From the NCBI GenBank assembly GCA_029935315.1, contig JAOZKN010000001.1, positions 28,713 to 92,712 on the forward strand: 64,000 nt of DNA, read 5' to 3'. The stretch is from Desulfocapsa sp. GTDB lineage: Bacteria; Desulfobacterota; Desulfobulbia; Desulfobulbales; Desulfocapsaceae. Below the pieces are notes generated by a model. It was given only the letters and a program-made list of their open reading frames with translations, was not told the DNA's origin and did not search any database. Position 1 is the first letter of the stretch. Each line of letters opens with the position of its first letter. Made by a program: the position numbers and the translations under genes. Shown here one piece after another: positions 45,966 to 58,604 of this stretch.

Positions 45966-46784
45966 TTAATTCAGAATATCTTCTGGCAGGGAGAGCATGC
46001 GTCGCCCATCTGCAGGCTCAGGCAGGGGAAGTTCTGCTCCGTTCAGGAGAATAGTGGCGTCGATTTCTTCCGGCATTTCAAGGAGGAGTGATTTGCCTAT
46101 GTCCCATTCCAGGGTCTCGCCGTCAACGTAGTGCTTGTCAATGTAACTTGCATTGTCGAGGGTAATGGCCAGGACGCCTGAACTGTGAAAAGTTATTGCA
46201 AGGTGGTAGGACTCCTCTACTGCTTCTTCCGGGATGATAGGTTCTTCAGCAACTATAACGGGCGGTGCTTCAATTACCGGCTCAATCACATCCTGTTGAG
46301 GAGGGATGGGCGTTGTCTGTTGCGTAGAGGGCAATTGGGCACTGATATAACGTATTGGATTCCAACTCAAGTACCAGCATATACCTATGATTACTGTAAA
46401 ACAGGCCACTAAGAGAATTGTTGCGCTGGTACGTGGAGATATGGCAGAAGCCTCAGCGTAGCTGCTGAACTTTCCACTTTTGCTTATGGGTGGCGCCGGC
46501 TGGTCTTTTGAGGGCGTCGGAGGAAGACCTCTGTTTTCGAGGTATCTCGCCAGTACATTTTCGGAATCAAGTTCTAAGAAGTCGGCGTAAATCACATAGA
46601 AACCACGACAAAATGCCACTGCAGGCATATTGTCATAATCATCGGCCTCAATGGCTTCTAGAATAGGTTTGCTTATTTTGGTGGTTTCCCGGACATCATC
46701 CAGTGACAGATTTTTTTTCTTACGGGTGTCACGGAGCAGTGCTCCAAGTGTCTGTGTCTCGTTCTCTTTTTCTTCTTCAGACAT
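45966..46784 (-). CDS. RodZ-like HTH/DUF4115 membrane protein
   Basis: HTH region LGALLRDTRKKKNLSLDDVRETTKISKPILEAIE, one TM segment and a C-terminal DUF4115-like beta domain. Start trimmed to MSEEEK. Confidence 0.7.
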   Translation of the reverse strand: MSEEEKENETQTLGALLRDTRKKKNLSLDDVRETTKISKPILEAIEADDYDNMPAVAFCRGFYVIYADFLELDSENVLARYLENRGLPPTPSKDQPAPPISKSGKFSSYAEASAISPRTSATILLVACFTVIIGICWYLSWNPIRYISAQLPSTQQTTPIPPQQDVIEPVIEAPPVIVAEEPIIPEEAVEESYHLAITFHSSGVLAITLDNASYIDKHYVDGETLEWDIGKSLLLEMPEEIDATILLNGAELPLPEPADGRRMLSLPEDILN

Positions 46785-46792
46785 TTTTTTAC

Positions 46793-47809
46793 CTACAGCC
46801 TTTTTATATATGCTTCTTTTTTGATTTTTGTGACCCACTCAGTAAAACGTTCTTTCAGTTGCTGTTCGTAGAGCTGTGTTCTTATTTCTTCTTTCACCGA
46901 TGCAAAAGAGGCCTGTACGACAATTTGGCCATCCTGGGCGGAAAGAAGTTTAAAGAACTGGTAACCGGAAGGTGTTTCAATGACTTCACTTATTTCGCCG
47001 GGGCTAAGTGAAAGTACAGCATCTTTCATATATTGCGCCATTTCATCTTCCTGGAAAACGCCAAGGTCTCCACCGTCAGCTGCTGAAGGAAAATCCGAGA
47101 ATCTTTTGGCCAGTATTCTGAAATCCTGTCCGTTTTTCACAAGGGCATGCACCCTGTCGGCACGTTCTTTTGCGTCAACTTTATTCGCATATTGGGCTGG
47201 CCCGGAATTGTTGGCCGGGTTGGCTTGTTCCCAGACAAAGCCCATCTGCATAAGGTAATACCCGCCACCGCTTATGTGTTTGGTGTAGTTACTGTCATAA
47301 TAATCGAGAATCATATCATCGGTGATGATGAGTTTTGAGCGGATTTCAAAATTAACCAGTTTGGATTGCAGAATCTGATTACGAAGAGTATCCAGGTAGT
47401 CTTCGTAGCTCATGCCCATCTGCGCCAGCTGATCATCCAGTATCTCCCTCGTTATATTATTGCTGAGCATCATCTGTTCTGCAGCAGCCTGGACTTCTTC
47501 CTCAGAGATTACTATTCCCTGTTTTTCTGCTTCCAGGGTAATCAGGCGTTTGTCTATCAGGTTGTTGAGCACTTCCTGTCTTGCCCTGCGCAGGGCGTCT
47601 TCGAGCTGGGCCGATGGCGCTTCCTGTGTGATTTTTTTGAAATAGCCTTTCCCGGCGTCATTGACTTCTGAGAGCGTGATAACGTCGTCGTTCACAACAG
47701 CTACCACACGATCAACAAGTTGTGTGGAGTAAAGAGGGCTGGTGCTCAGTATACAGAAAAGAGTTATTATGATTTTTATAGGAAAAAGGTGTGTGGAACG
47801 TCTATTCAT
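46793..47809 (-). CDS. SurA-like periplasmic chaperone / parvulin PPIase
   Basis: Signal peptide, DRVVAVVNDDVITLSEV (SurA_N) and a parvulin domain (DGGDLGVFQEDEM...PSGYQFFKL). Start trimmed to MNRRST. Confidence 0.75.
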   Translation of the reverse strand: MNRRSTHLFPIKIIITLFCILSTSPLYSTQLVDRVVAVVNDDVITLSEVNDAGKGYFKKITQEAPSAQLEDALRRARQEVLNNLIDKRLITLEAEKQGIVISEEEVQAAAEQMMLSNNITREILDDQLAQMGMSYEDYLDTLRNQILQSKLVNFEIRSKLIITDDMILDYYDSNYTKHISGGGYYLMQMGFVWEQANPANNSGPAQYANKVDAKERADRVHALVKNGQDFRILAKRFSDFPSAADGGDLGVFQEDEMAQYMKDAVLSLSPGEISEVIETPSGYQFFKLLSAQDGQIVVQASFASVKEEIRTQLYEQQLKERFTEWVTKIKKEAYIKRL

Positions 47810-48223
47810 GTGAGAGTCTTTTTTGATTTTGAAAAAAATAATGTAAAAGGTGTCCCTACTTAAAACAAGAAGTACTTTACCATAAAATGATTTTCTGAAC
47901 AGCATTTACAGATAATTTTTTTCTGATTAAGATTCATTTGCAGGAAAAGGCCTGACCAGCTCCTGAGAACGCGGAACTGTCGATATGTTTTGTGTTCCTG
48001 CTGAAGGTTGACTTTTTCAATTCTGTCATTGTTGACGAAGCTTTTTTGCAGGGAATGTGGTACAGCTGGATTCCTGTTTTACCCTTTACGGGTTGAAAAA
48101 ACTGCCGATGTAGAATGTTTATGTGTTTGCAGAGAGGATGTTTGCCGGTTGACATTCTCAAAAGAGGGAATAGTTTTAAGATTGAATATTAAAAGTCTGG
48201 TTTTCTTATTTAGCAAAAGGATT

Positions 48224-48733
48224 ATGGTTATGAAACAATTTTTGGTTTTACGTAATTTGAGCGTGTTTTTCACAGCGCTTCTGTTTTTCTTTGTGTCTGT
48301 ACACACGGTTTCGGCCGCCAGCAAAATGCCTGGGTTCTCCCTTGAGAATGTCGTAACGGGAAAGACTGTGGATAGTTCGGTTTTTAAAGGTAAAGCTTTA
48401 CTGGTGACTTTTTTTGCGACCTGGTGCCCGCCTTGTATGCAGGAGATTCCGGATCTGATTAAACTGCAGGATGAGTATGCTGCAAAGGGTTTTTCTGTGC
48501 TGGGTCTGTCTGTGGATCAGGGTGGAGCCGGGATTGTGAAGAAACTGGTTGAAAAACGCTCTATTAATTACCCGGTGTTGTTGGCTGATGGTGCGATTGC
48601 AAGAGAGTTTGGTGGTGTGGTTGGCATTCCCACTTCCTTCCTGGTGAACGGCAAAGGGCAGATTGTGAAGAAATACCCCGGTTATGTTCCCCATATGGTA
48701 CTGGAGAATGACATTCAGCATGTAATGCAATAG
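48224..48733 (+). CDS. TlpA/ResA-like periplasmic thiol:disulfide oxidoreductase
   Basis: Signal peptide plus LVTFFATWCPPCMQEIP (WCxxC). Confidence 0.8.
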   Translation: MVMKQFLVLRNLSVFFTALLFFFVSVHTVSAASKMPGFSLENVVTGKTVDSSVFKGKALLVTFFATWCPPCMQEIPDLIKLQDEYAAKGFSVLGLSVDQGGAGIVKKLVEKRSINYPVLLADGAIAREFGGVVGIPTSFLVNGKGQIVKKYPGYVPHMVLENDIQHVMQ

Positions 48734-48859
48734 TTCCCCTCTTTTTTGTTTATAAGTTGACAACCCTCAGGGGGCTTTATATACTTATGTCTATTATGTT
48801 GGATCACTAATTCTGGAATCATCCAGAGAATATAAATCCGTTATTTTAGGAGAGACACA

Positions 48860-49063
48860 ATGAAAAAAGGTATCGTAGCTGTTGTATTGGCCCTCACTTT
48901 CGCAGTAAGTACCGTAGCTGTTGCTGCAACTGTTAAATGTACCGTTGATTCCGTAGCCGGAGACACAGTGACCATGACTTGTAAGGGTGCTGATAAGCTG
49001 AAAGCTGGTGACAAGGTAAAAGTTAAAGCTCCAAAGAAGGCTGCTGCTATTGAGGGTTGCTAA
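48860..49063 (+). CDS. small secreted Lys-rich protein (67 aa, 3 Cys in the mature part)
   Basis: Signal peptide MKKGIVAVVLALTFAVSTVAVA. AGGAGAG RBS and a strong terminator downstream. No family recognised. Confidence 0.55.
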   Translation: MKKGIVAVVLALTFAVSTVAVAATVKCTVDSVAGDTVTMTCKGADKLKAGDKVKVKAPKKAAAIEGC

Positions 49064-49096
49064 TTGACATAACCCTGTTTTTTAGTTAGTTTGTCG

Positions 49097-49132
49097 AGGC
49101 CGGTTGATATCTGATATCAACCGGCCTTTTTT
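49097..49132 (+). terminator. rho-independent terminator
   Basis: AGGCCGGTTGATAT-ctg-ATATCAACCGGCCT with a T6 run. Confidence 0.9.
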
Positions 49133-49170
49133 GATGGTGTTGTCTTCATACCCCGTGGAGTGGCAGAAAA

Positions 49171-50025
49171 GTGTCACTTTTTTCGGGCTGTTTATCTTAT
49201 TCGCGGTGCACATGTTTGGAACTTGTTAAGGCAATAATACTTGGAGCAGTACAGGGACTGACAGAATTTCTTCCCATATCAAGTTCCGGGCATCTGGTTC
49301 TGGGAGCAGAACTTTTGAGTTTTCAGGAGCAGGGACTGGCTTTTGATGTCTTTGTTCACCTGGGGACACTGGTCTCAGTGTGTATCGTTTTTCGGAAGGA
49401 ACTGTCGGCCATGATACGAGCACCCCTCGCCGTTCTGCAAAAACGAGCGGATAAAGAGTTGACTGACTTCTTCTACTGGGACATTTATGTCGTCATAGCC
49501 ACTTTGCCCGCAGTGGGAGTAGGGTTGTTTCTGAAAGATTCCATTGCTGGTATTTTTACAAATATTCTGCTGGTTTATTGCATGCTTTTTGTCACAGGTC
49601 TGATTATGGTGACCACTCCGTACATTCGTGAACGAAAAGTAAGGCTGAACTGTCCACGGGCGCTTTTAATTGGTTGTGCTCAGGCCATGGCAATCTTGCC
49701 AGGCTTGTCCAGATCCGGGGCAACGATTTTTACAGGGATGCTCCTTGGCGTAAACCGGGAAACGGTTGCCAGGTTTTCTTTTGTCATGTCCATCCCTGCA
49801 ATTCTTGGTGCTGTGGTGCTGCAGTCTGGTGATCTGTTGGCCAATCCGCCGGAGTCTGGCATTCTGCTGCTTATTTGTGCTGGAATGCTCAGTGCTGCCA
49901 TCAGTGGGTATTTTGCTATTATTTTATTGTTGAATGTGATTCGTAAAAATAAACTGCAATATTTTGGCTATTATTGTCTCCTGCTCGCTTCCAGCGGGCT
50001 TCTGTACACGTATTTTACTGCTTAA
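49171..50025 (+). CDS. uppP: undecaprenyl-diphosphate phosphatase
   Basis: KAIILGAVQGLTEFLPISSSGHL and PGLSRSGATI. The true start is probably downstream of GTG 49171 (for example in-frame TTG 49216). Confidence 0.85.
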   Translation: MSLFSGCLSYSRCTCLELVKAIILGAVQGLTEFLPISSSGHLVLGAELLSFQEQGLAFDVFVHLGTLVSVCIVFRKELSAMIRAPLAVLQKRADKELTDFFYWDIYVVIATLPAVGVGLFLKDSIAGIFTNILLVYCMLFVTGLIMVTTPYIRERKVRLNCPRALLIGCAQAMAILPGLSRSGATIFTGMLLGVNRETVARFSFVMSIPAILGAVVLQSGDLLANPPESGILLLICAGMLSAAISGYFAIILLLNVIRKNKLQYFGYYCLLLASSGLLYTYFTA

Positions 50026-50051
50026 TAATTTTATTCCGGTATCATTACCCC

Positions 50052-50744
50052 ATGGATATTCGATCATTCCCCGAAGAAGAACGCGAAATTTATAATCGTA
50101 TACGTACAAAATATAAGCTTACCTTTGATAAACTGACGGTGCGTGAACAGACCATTCGTCTCCTGAAGGTGGCCGATATTGAAGAATTCCTGGATGGCAG
50201 GGATCCCTTTGCCGATGTGACGGAATTTCCGTTCTGGGTTAAGCTTTGGGAATCCGCCATGATTTTGTCACAGGCGCTGGTCACGCTCCCGGAACCGCAT
50301 GGGAAAACAATGCTTGAACTCGGTGCAGGCTTAGGTGCTCCAGGTATCACTGCCGCAGCCTGTGGTTTTGATGTAACCCTCTCTGACTATGAAGATATTA
50401 TCATGGATTTCCAGAAAGTGAGCATTGCCGCCTCCGGCCTTGATAATGTCAAATGTATTCATCTGGACTGGCTTGATCCACCGGATATTGAGCCCTTTGA
50501 TTATCTGGTGGCTGCCGAGGTACTCTTTAGAGAAGAGTTTTTTGAACCCCTGTTGACTGTTTTTGATAAATACCTCAAACCTGGAGGCTCAATCTTTCTG
50601 GCCCACGATGCCAGGCGCAAATGCCTGCCGCTTTTTATGGAACGAGCGAAGGAGCAGTATAGTATCGCAGGTAAGAAACAGGTTATGCGAAAAGATGGTC
50701 AGGATATTTCTATTATTATAAATCGTTTGCAGAGAAAGCCGTAA
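50052..50744 (+). CDS. class I SAM-dependent methyltransferase (Methyltransf_16/protein-lysine MTase-like)
   Basis: LELGAGLGAPGITAA...DVTLSDY...ADVLF-type layout (VAAEVLF). Start trimmed to MDIRSF. Confidence 0.55.
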   Translation: MDIRSFPEEEREIYNRIRTKYKLTFDKLTVREQTIRLLKVADIEEFLDGRDPFADVTEFPFWVKLWESAMILSQALVTLPEPHGKTMLELGAGLGAPGITAAACGFDVTLSDYEDIIMDFQKVSIAASGLDNVKCIHLDWLDPPDIEPFDYLVAAEVLFREEFFEPLLTVFDKYLKPGGSIFLAHDARRKCLPLFMERAKEQYSIAGKKQVMRKDGQDISIIINRLQRKP

Positions 50745-50755
50745 CTGTTATAGCC

Positions 50756-51457
50756 ATGCATCTATACCCTGTAAATATGGATATTCGGAATCAGCTTTGT
50801 CTGGTTGTTGGCGGGGGAAATGTGGCCAGGCGTAAGATTGAAGCGCTGCTGCCCTGTGGGCCAAGGATTCGTGTAATCAGTCCTGTGGTATGTACGCAGA
50901 TTGCAGTGCTGGCAGAAGAAAAGCGTGTTGAATTGCAGCAGCGGAAGTATCAGCAGGGTGATCTTGCAGGTGCAAAACTTGTGTTTGCAGCAACGGATAG
51001 CCCTGGCACCCAGGAACAGGTGCTGACTGAGGCTGGTGCTGCCGGGATCTTAGTGAATGTTATTACGGCCCCTGATGCCTGCACTTTTCAGGTTCCGGCA
51101 ATGTGCAGACAGGGTGATTTGCTGATTACTGTGGCCACCGGGGGGGCGAGTCCTGCCCTTGCCGCACGTATCAGAAAAGAACTTGAGGAACAGTATGGGC
51201 CGGAGTACAGCATCCTTTTACATTTGATGGCATGTGTACGTAAACAGGTTGTTGCTGCCAGTGATGTGCCAGCGCAGCATAAAATCATATTTGAAAAGCT
51301 GCTGGATAGTGATATCCTGCGCTATATTAAAATCAGGCAATGGACACGACTGGCTGAAATACTGCATGATATCCTGCCGGCTGAAGTTGAGATATCTGCA
51401 CTTATCCATAAACTGCAAACACAGGAAGAAACAGAGATGGAGACATTATCATGTTGA
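50756..51457 (+). CDS. precorrin-2 dehydrogenase/sirohydrochlorin ferrochelatase (SirC/CysG N-domain type)
   Basis: CLVVGGGNVARRKIEALL Rossmann motif and ITVATGGASPALAARIRKELE. Confidence 0.8.
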   Translation: MHLYPVNMDIRNQLCLVVGGGNVARRKIEALLPCGPRIRVISPVVCTQIAVLAEEKRVELQQRKYQQGDLAGAKLVFAATDSPGTQEQVLTEAGAAGILVNVITAPDACTFQVPAMCRQGDLLITVATGGASPALAARIRKELEEQYGPEYSILLHLMACVRKQVVAASDVPAQHKIIFEKLLDSDILRYIKIRQWTRLAEILHDILPAEVEISALIHKLQTQEETEMETLSC

Positions 51458-52281
51458 GTGAGGTCAACTACCTTTTGTTCAACGGTGTGCTGCTGGTTAG
51501 TTTTGTCGCCTGTGCCGTATACCTTGTGTTCTTCTTCAGTCAAAAGGAACATCTGCGTAAAGTTGCCAGAATTATCTTTCTCACTTCGGGCGTGTTACAG
51601 ACACTCTATATCCTTTCCCGTTACCTGATCGCCGGCTACACCCCCATTACTTCTCAACATGAAGCGGTCACCTTTTTCGCATGGTCTGTCACCTGGGCCT
51701 ATCTTTCTTTTCACTGGCGTTACTCGGTGAGAAACTTTGGAACCTTTGTCTCCATTCTGGTTCTGATTATGTTGGTCATTGCAGCTTTTGCCTCCCGTGC
51801 CTTTAATCCTCTGGCACCCGCTCTGCAATCCATGTGGCTGCCTGTGCATGCCGGTGTTTCTGTAATGGCCTATGGCTTTCTGGCCCTCGCCTTTTGTGGC
51901 GGTCTGATGTATCTGCTGCAGGAGCGTGAACTTAAATCAAAACGTTTTGGTTTCTTTTTTAATCGTCTGCCCTCGCTTGAGTCCCTTGATCAGCTGAATA
52001 GTCACTGTCTTACCATTGGCTTTGTTTTTCTCACCCTGGGCATCATCAGCGGTTCGGTGTGGGCCAGACAGGCATGGGGGACCTACTGGCATTGGGATCC
52101 CAAGGAAACCTGGTCTCTTATTACCTGGTTTTTGTACGCGGCCCAGATTCATCAGCGCATGACTGCCGGGTGGCGTGGTAAACGTGCTGCGGTGATGACC
52201 ATTATCGGCTTCTGTTCCGTGGTGTTTACGCTCTGGGGAGTTACATTCTTGCTCGGGGGTGTTCACAGCTATGCCCGGTGA
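51451..52281 (+). CDS. CcsA/ResC-family (HemX-type) cytochrome c assembly membrane protein
   Basis: Polytopic, with the Trp-rich motif WARQAWGTYWHWDPKETWSLITW. It sits directly upstream of hemA, as in hemAX-type operons. Confidence 0.75.
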   Translation: MLSEVNYLLFNGVLLVSFVACAVYLVFFFSQKEHLRKVARIIFLTSGVLQTLYILSRYLIAGYTPITSQHEAVTFFAWSVTWAYLSFHWRYSVRNFGTFVSILVLIMLVIAAFASRAFNPLAPALQSMWLPVHAGVSVMAYGFLALAFCGGLMYLLQERELKSKRFGFFFNRLPSLESLDQLNSHCLTIGFVFLTLGIISGSVWARQAWGTYWHWDPKETWSLITWFLYAAQIHQRMTAGWRGKRAAVMTIIGFCSVVFTLWGVTFLLGGVHSYAR

Positions 52282-52282
52282 A

Positions 52283-53545
52283 ATGATTTTACTTCTTGGG
52301 GTTAATCACAAGAAAACCCCCCTTGAGGTGCGTGAAAAACTCGCGTTGTCCAGTGGCTATGATGAGCCCCTGGAGGCCCTTGGCAAGATAGAGGGGATCA
52401 AAGAGTATTACCTTCTTTCCACCTGCAATCGTGTGGAAATCCTGGTTTCAGTGCATGACGGTGCAGATGTGCAGCATGCGTTGTCCAGATTTCTTTTTGG
52501 TGACGCCCTTTCTCCCGAAGAGTTCGATAAGTATTTATACTGTTACCATAATGCAGAGGCCGTTCACCATCTGTTTATGGTGGCGGCCAGCCTGGATTCC
52601 ATGATCGTTGGTGAATCCCAGATTCTTGGTCAGCTCAAAGAGGCGTATCGCCACTCTGCAGAAAAGAAATCTACCGGTCCAATCCTCAACAGGCTGTTGC
52701 ATAAATCGTTTTCCGTTGCTAAGCGGGTACGCAGCGAAACCCAAATCGGTTCTTCTGCTGTTTCCATTAGTTATGCAGCCATTGAACTTGCTAAAAAGAT
52801 TTTTGGCAGTATCGAAAATAAGCGGGTACTGCTCATTGGCGCTGGAGAAATGGCAGAACTTGCTGCGGAACATCTGGTTGGCAATGGAGCCAAAGATGTG
52901 GTGGTTTGCAATAGAACCCTTGAGCGTGCCCTTGATCTTGCCAAGCGTTTTAATGGCAGTGCGGTGGGACTTGATGAACTGCATGAACAGTTGGAATATG
53001 TGGATATTATAGTAAGTTCCACTGGTGCACCGGGTGTTATTCTGCAGAGGGATGAGGTAAAACCGATCATGCGTGAGCGGCGCAATAAACCTCTGTTTTT
53101 TATCGATATTGCAGTTCCAAGGGATTTGGATCCCGGCCTTAATGATCTTGAGAATGTCTATCTCTACGATATTGATGATCTCAACAATGTTGTAGAGTTA
53201 AATAAGGCAGAACGGGATAAAGAGGCGATAAAGGCCAGCAGGATTGTAGATGAAGAGGCCCTGAAGTTTAAAGACTGGCTGGCAGGGCTTGGGATCACCC
53301 CAACCATTGCGGCTCTCAGGGAAAAAGGGAATCAGGTGATGCAGCTTGAGCTTGAGCGTACCCTGCCTCGACTGAAGAATCTCACTGTCAAAGAACAAAA
53401 AAGTGTCGAAAAAATGGCCTCGGCCATTGTTTCACGGATGCTCCATGACCCTATGATTTTTCTGAAAAGTGAAAACTGTAAGGATCAGTCGGCAATGAAG
53501 GTTGATGTTTTTCGTTCTGTCTTTGCTCTGGAGAAAAAAGAGTGA
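52283..53545 (+). CDS. hemA: glutamyl-tRNA reductase
   Basis: MILLLGVNHKKTPLEVREK, STCNRVE (catalytic Cys) and GAGEMAEL. ATG 52271 and GTG 52259 are alternative starts. Confidence 0.9.
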   Translation: MILLLGVNHKKTPLEVREKLALSSGYDEPLEALGKIEGIKEYYLLSTCNRVEILVSVHDGADVQHALSRFLFGDALSPEEFDKYLYCYHNAEAVHHLFMVAASLDSMIVGESQILGQLKEAYRHSAEKKSTGPILNRLLHKSFSVAKRVRSETQIGSSAVSISYAAIELAKKIFGSIENKRVLLIGAGEMAELAAEHLVGNGAKDVVVCNRTLERALDLAKRFNGSAVGLDELHEQLEYVDIIVSSTGAPGVILQRDEVKPIMRERRNKPLFFIDIAVPRDLDPGLNDLENVYLYDIDDLNNVVELNKAERDKEAIKASRIVDEEALKFKDWLAGLGITPTIAALREKGNQVMQLELERTLPRLKNLTVKEQKSVEKMASAIVSRMLHDPMIFLKSENCKDQSAMKVDVFRSVFALEKKE

Positions 53546-54045
53546 CGGAAGAAGAACGTGCAGAACTACTTGATGATGAGTGGTTGATTGTTCGAAATTC
53601 CGGAGAAATTCCTGAAATTACCTACCATTCAGTTCTGTATTTTGTCTCAGTTGACCCCGAAGGCCCGGGGATTGACCTGAGTGAAAACGAGAAAAAACAT
53701 CTGAAGGATGCTGCAGTTCAGCGCTATCATGAGATAATTCTTCGTGATATACAGCTTGAAAATTTCCATAAAACTATTTATCGCGGTATTAAACGGACAA
53801 TCTATAACTGGTATCGCTGCAAGGCCTTTGGCGAAAGACAGAATCTGGATTGTAATGCCTTTCGTGAAACTGCTGCCCGGATATTGCTCCTGTTTCTGGA
53901 ACAGGGAATGCAGGCAGCGGGAGAGAGCCTGCCTGAGAATTTTCTCAATTGTCATTTTGACGAGTTAGTCGCGTTTACAAAAGAATTGAGTATTGCGCCC
54001 GAAAAACTGTCCCCCGATCTGGTGCAGTTCTGTTTGCCAGTCTGA
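53542..54045 (+). CDS. hypothetical protein (167 aa)
   Basis: GTG start overlaps the hemA stop (GTGA). No family recognised. Confidence 0.4.
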   Translation: MTEEERAELLDDEWLIVRNSGEIPEITYHSVLYFVSVDPEGPGIDLSENEKKHLKDAAVQRYHEIILRDIQLENFHKTIYRGIKRTIYNWYRCKAFGERQNLDCNAFRETAARILLLFLEQGMQAAGESLPENFLNCHFDELVAFTKELSIAPEKLSPDLVQFCLPV

Positions 54046-54072
54046 CACAAAAAAATCAAAGAAGGAGATATC

Positions 54073-56261
<2,189 letters not shown>

Positions 56262-56387
56262 AAAGTGACTTGTTTATTTGATTTCAGGTGCCTGATTATG
56301 GCACAATAAAAGCAGGTAGTCATGACTGACCAGATGTGCAGCTACCTCTAACCATATACAGCGATAAACATATACGTCGGAGTATGC

Positions 56388-58604
56388 ATGAAACGTTTAC
56401 TTATCTGGGGTGGATCCATCCTGTTACTGATGATTCTGGCCTTTGTTGGCCTGCTTGTTGCCCTGCCTTTTATTCTTGATCCAAATGATTACAAAGAAAA
56501 AATTGAAACCCTGGTGTTTGAAAAAAGTGGTTACCAGCTGCACATTCCAGGAGATATTGATCTTAAAATAACACCCGGTCTTGATGTTCTTTTCTCATTG
56601 GGAGAGGTTCAGGTGCAATCGGGGGCTGATTTTTCTGGTATGCCTCTGTTAAGCAGTGAAGAAGTCAGAGTGGAGTTCTCGCTTATGCCTTTGCTGCGGG
56701 AAAAACGGCTGGCTATTCAGGGAATAAAACTCCATGGTGTGTATTGCAACCTGATACGAAATAAAGCCGGAAAGGGTAACTGGGAAGTTGCCCCTGTAGC
56801 TGGGGCAACCGGCAAAGCACCGCAAGTAAAAACACCATCCCCACAAGATGTTTCTCAAAAAGAAAAGAGTAGTGCTCCCCCTTCCTTCGATCTTGGCTCC
56901 CTTGATTTGTCCAGAATCACGGTACGCTATGAAGATCAGCAGGCCAGTAAACGCTTTACCCTGAAAGACTTCAGTGTACAGACCGGTCATGTGCAGGATG
57001 GTCAATCTTTTCATGTGCAATCTGCTTTTACCCTGATTTCTTCAACTGAAGGCAGTGCTGCTCTTTCTGTTGCCAGTGAACTGGAAAGTGATGTTTTGCT
57101 GAAACTTGCCAGTAAAACAGTGGGCCTGGATAGCTTTGTCCTGCAAAGTACAGTCAACGGTTTCGGGCTGCAGGAAACAAAATTGCAGCTGGCGCTGGAT
57201 GCCTCCCTTGATCTTGCCAGTAAAAATGCTTTATTGAAAACTGCAACGCTCAGCAGTGGTCTATTCACCGTGCAACTGGAAGCAGAGGTGCTTAACTTCG
57301 ATAATCCTGCATTTCAGGGGAGTCTTACCATTCCGGCATTTTCCCTGCGTCAGTTTTTGGCTGACAATAAGCTGAATCAGCCCTTGTGGAAGGATGATTC
57401 TGCTTTGACTCAAGTAGGATTTTCCTGCAATCTGGCAGGTGATAAGCAGAAGATTAGTGTCTCCGATATGAGCATTATCTTTGATGGTGCGCAGGGTAAG
57501 GGGAGTTTTGAACTGCTTGAACCGGAACATCCTTCCTATGATTTTACAATGCATTTTGATAGATTGAACCTGGATCGTTACGCTGTGCAGGTAGCAGAAT
57601 CAACTCCTGCATCATCATCTGCACCGGCAACAGAAGTGGGGGCGACGGTCTCGCCTGGCATAGCGGGTGAGGGGACGGCTGCACCCGCATCCCTGCGGCC
57701 TCTTTTTCCCGTGGAAATGCTGCGAAAGTTGAACTTTCAATTGAATCTTGCCACGGATTCCATGCAGATGAGGGGCGCCCAGTTGCATAAGGTTGAGCTG
57801 AAAGCAGAAGGCAATAATGGTCGGTTGGAGCTTGAACCGTTCCGGGCCGAATTGTACGGTGGCTCTATTCAGGCGAAATCAACCCTGGATGTATCCGGAA
57901 ATGTTCCTCAACTGACATTACAAAGCAATCTGGACAGTGTGCAGATCGGGCCATTGCTTAAAGATGTGACGGGAAAGGAGGAAGTCACCGGTACCGCAGT
58001 TTTTGCTCTGCAAGTTGAGGGGCAGGGGAATATGAAACAACAGTTTCTTCGTCATTTGAATGGTAAAATAAACCTGTCGTTTAAGGATGGGGTAATACGA
58101 AAACTTTATATTCTCCAGGGGATTCGACAGGCCAAAGCCCTGTATGAAGGTGATCTGGTCGTGGCGGCAGCCAAAGAAGAACCCACCGGTTTTGCCCATA
58201 TTTCTGCCACCGGAGTGATTAAAAATGGTGTCCTGATCAATAAGGATTTGCAGGCAAAATCTGATTTGATGAAAGTTACAGGCAGCGGCACAGTTGACCT
58301 GGGGAAGGAGTATGTTGATTATCTGTTGCAAGTGTCTCTTACAAGGGCACTGGATAGAGATGCAAAAACCGGAAAAACAGATTTTGGTAAATACGTCGTT
58401 CCGTATAAGATCAAAGGACATTTTTCTGAGATAAAGCAGGATGCGGATCTTGCAGGTTTGCTGAAATCGCAGGCCACAAATCTGTTAGTCAATGAGTTGC
58501 AGAGGCAGTTGAATAAAGACGATGGCAACAGCAAATCAGGTTCTGATAAAAGCAGCACAGAGAAGTTGCTGGAGTCGGGGCTGAAAAGTCTGTTTGGTAA
58601 TTAG
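56388..58604 (+). CDS. AsmA family outer-membrane biogenesis protein
   Basis: N-terminal anchor, long beta-rich body, and a C-terminal AsmA_2-like region (GKINLSFKDGVIRKLYI...). Confidence 0.75.
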   Translation: MKRLLIWGGSILLLMILAFVGLLVALPFILDPNDYKEKIETLVFEKSGYQLHIPGDIDLKITPGLDVLFSLGEVQVQSGADFSGMPLLSSEEVRVEFSLMPLLREKRLAIQGIKLHGVYCNLIRNKAGKGNWEVAPVAGATGKAPQVKTPSPQDVSQKEKSSAPPSFDLGSLDLSRITVRYEDQQASKRFTLKDFSVQTGHVQDGQSFHVQSAFTLISSTEGSAALSVASELESDVLLKLASKTVGLDSFVLQSTVNGFGLQETKLQLALDASLDLASKNALLKTATLSSGLFTVQLEAEVLNFDNPAFQGSLTIPAFSLRQFLADNKLNQPLWKDDSALTQVGFSCNLAGDKQKISVSDMSIIFDGAQGKGSFELLEPEHPSYDFTMHFDRLNLDRYAVQVAESTPASSSAPATEVGATVSPGIAGEGTAAPASLRPLFPVEMLRKLNFQLNLATDSMQMRGAQLHKVELKAEGNNGRLELEPFRAELYGGSIQAKSTLDVSGNVPQLTLQSNLDSVQIGPLLKDVTGKEEVTGTAVFALQVEGQGNMKQQFLRHLNGKINLSFKDGVIRKLYILQGIRQAKALYEGDLVVAAAKEEPTGFAHISATGVIKNGVLINKDLQAKSDLMKVTGSGTVDLGKEYVDYLLQVSLTRALDRDAKTGKTDFGKYVVPYKIKGHFSEIKQDADLAGLLKSQATNLLVNELQRQLNKDDGNSKSGSDKSSTEKLLESGLKSLFGN

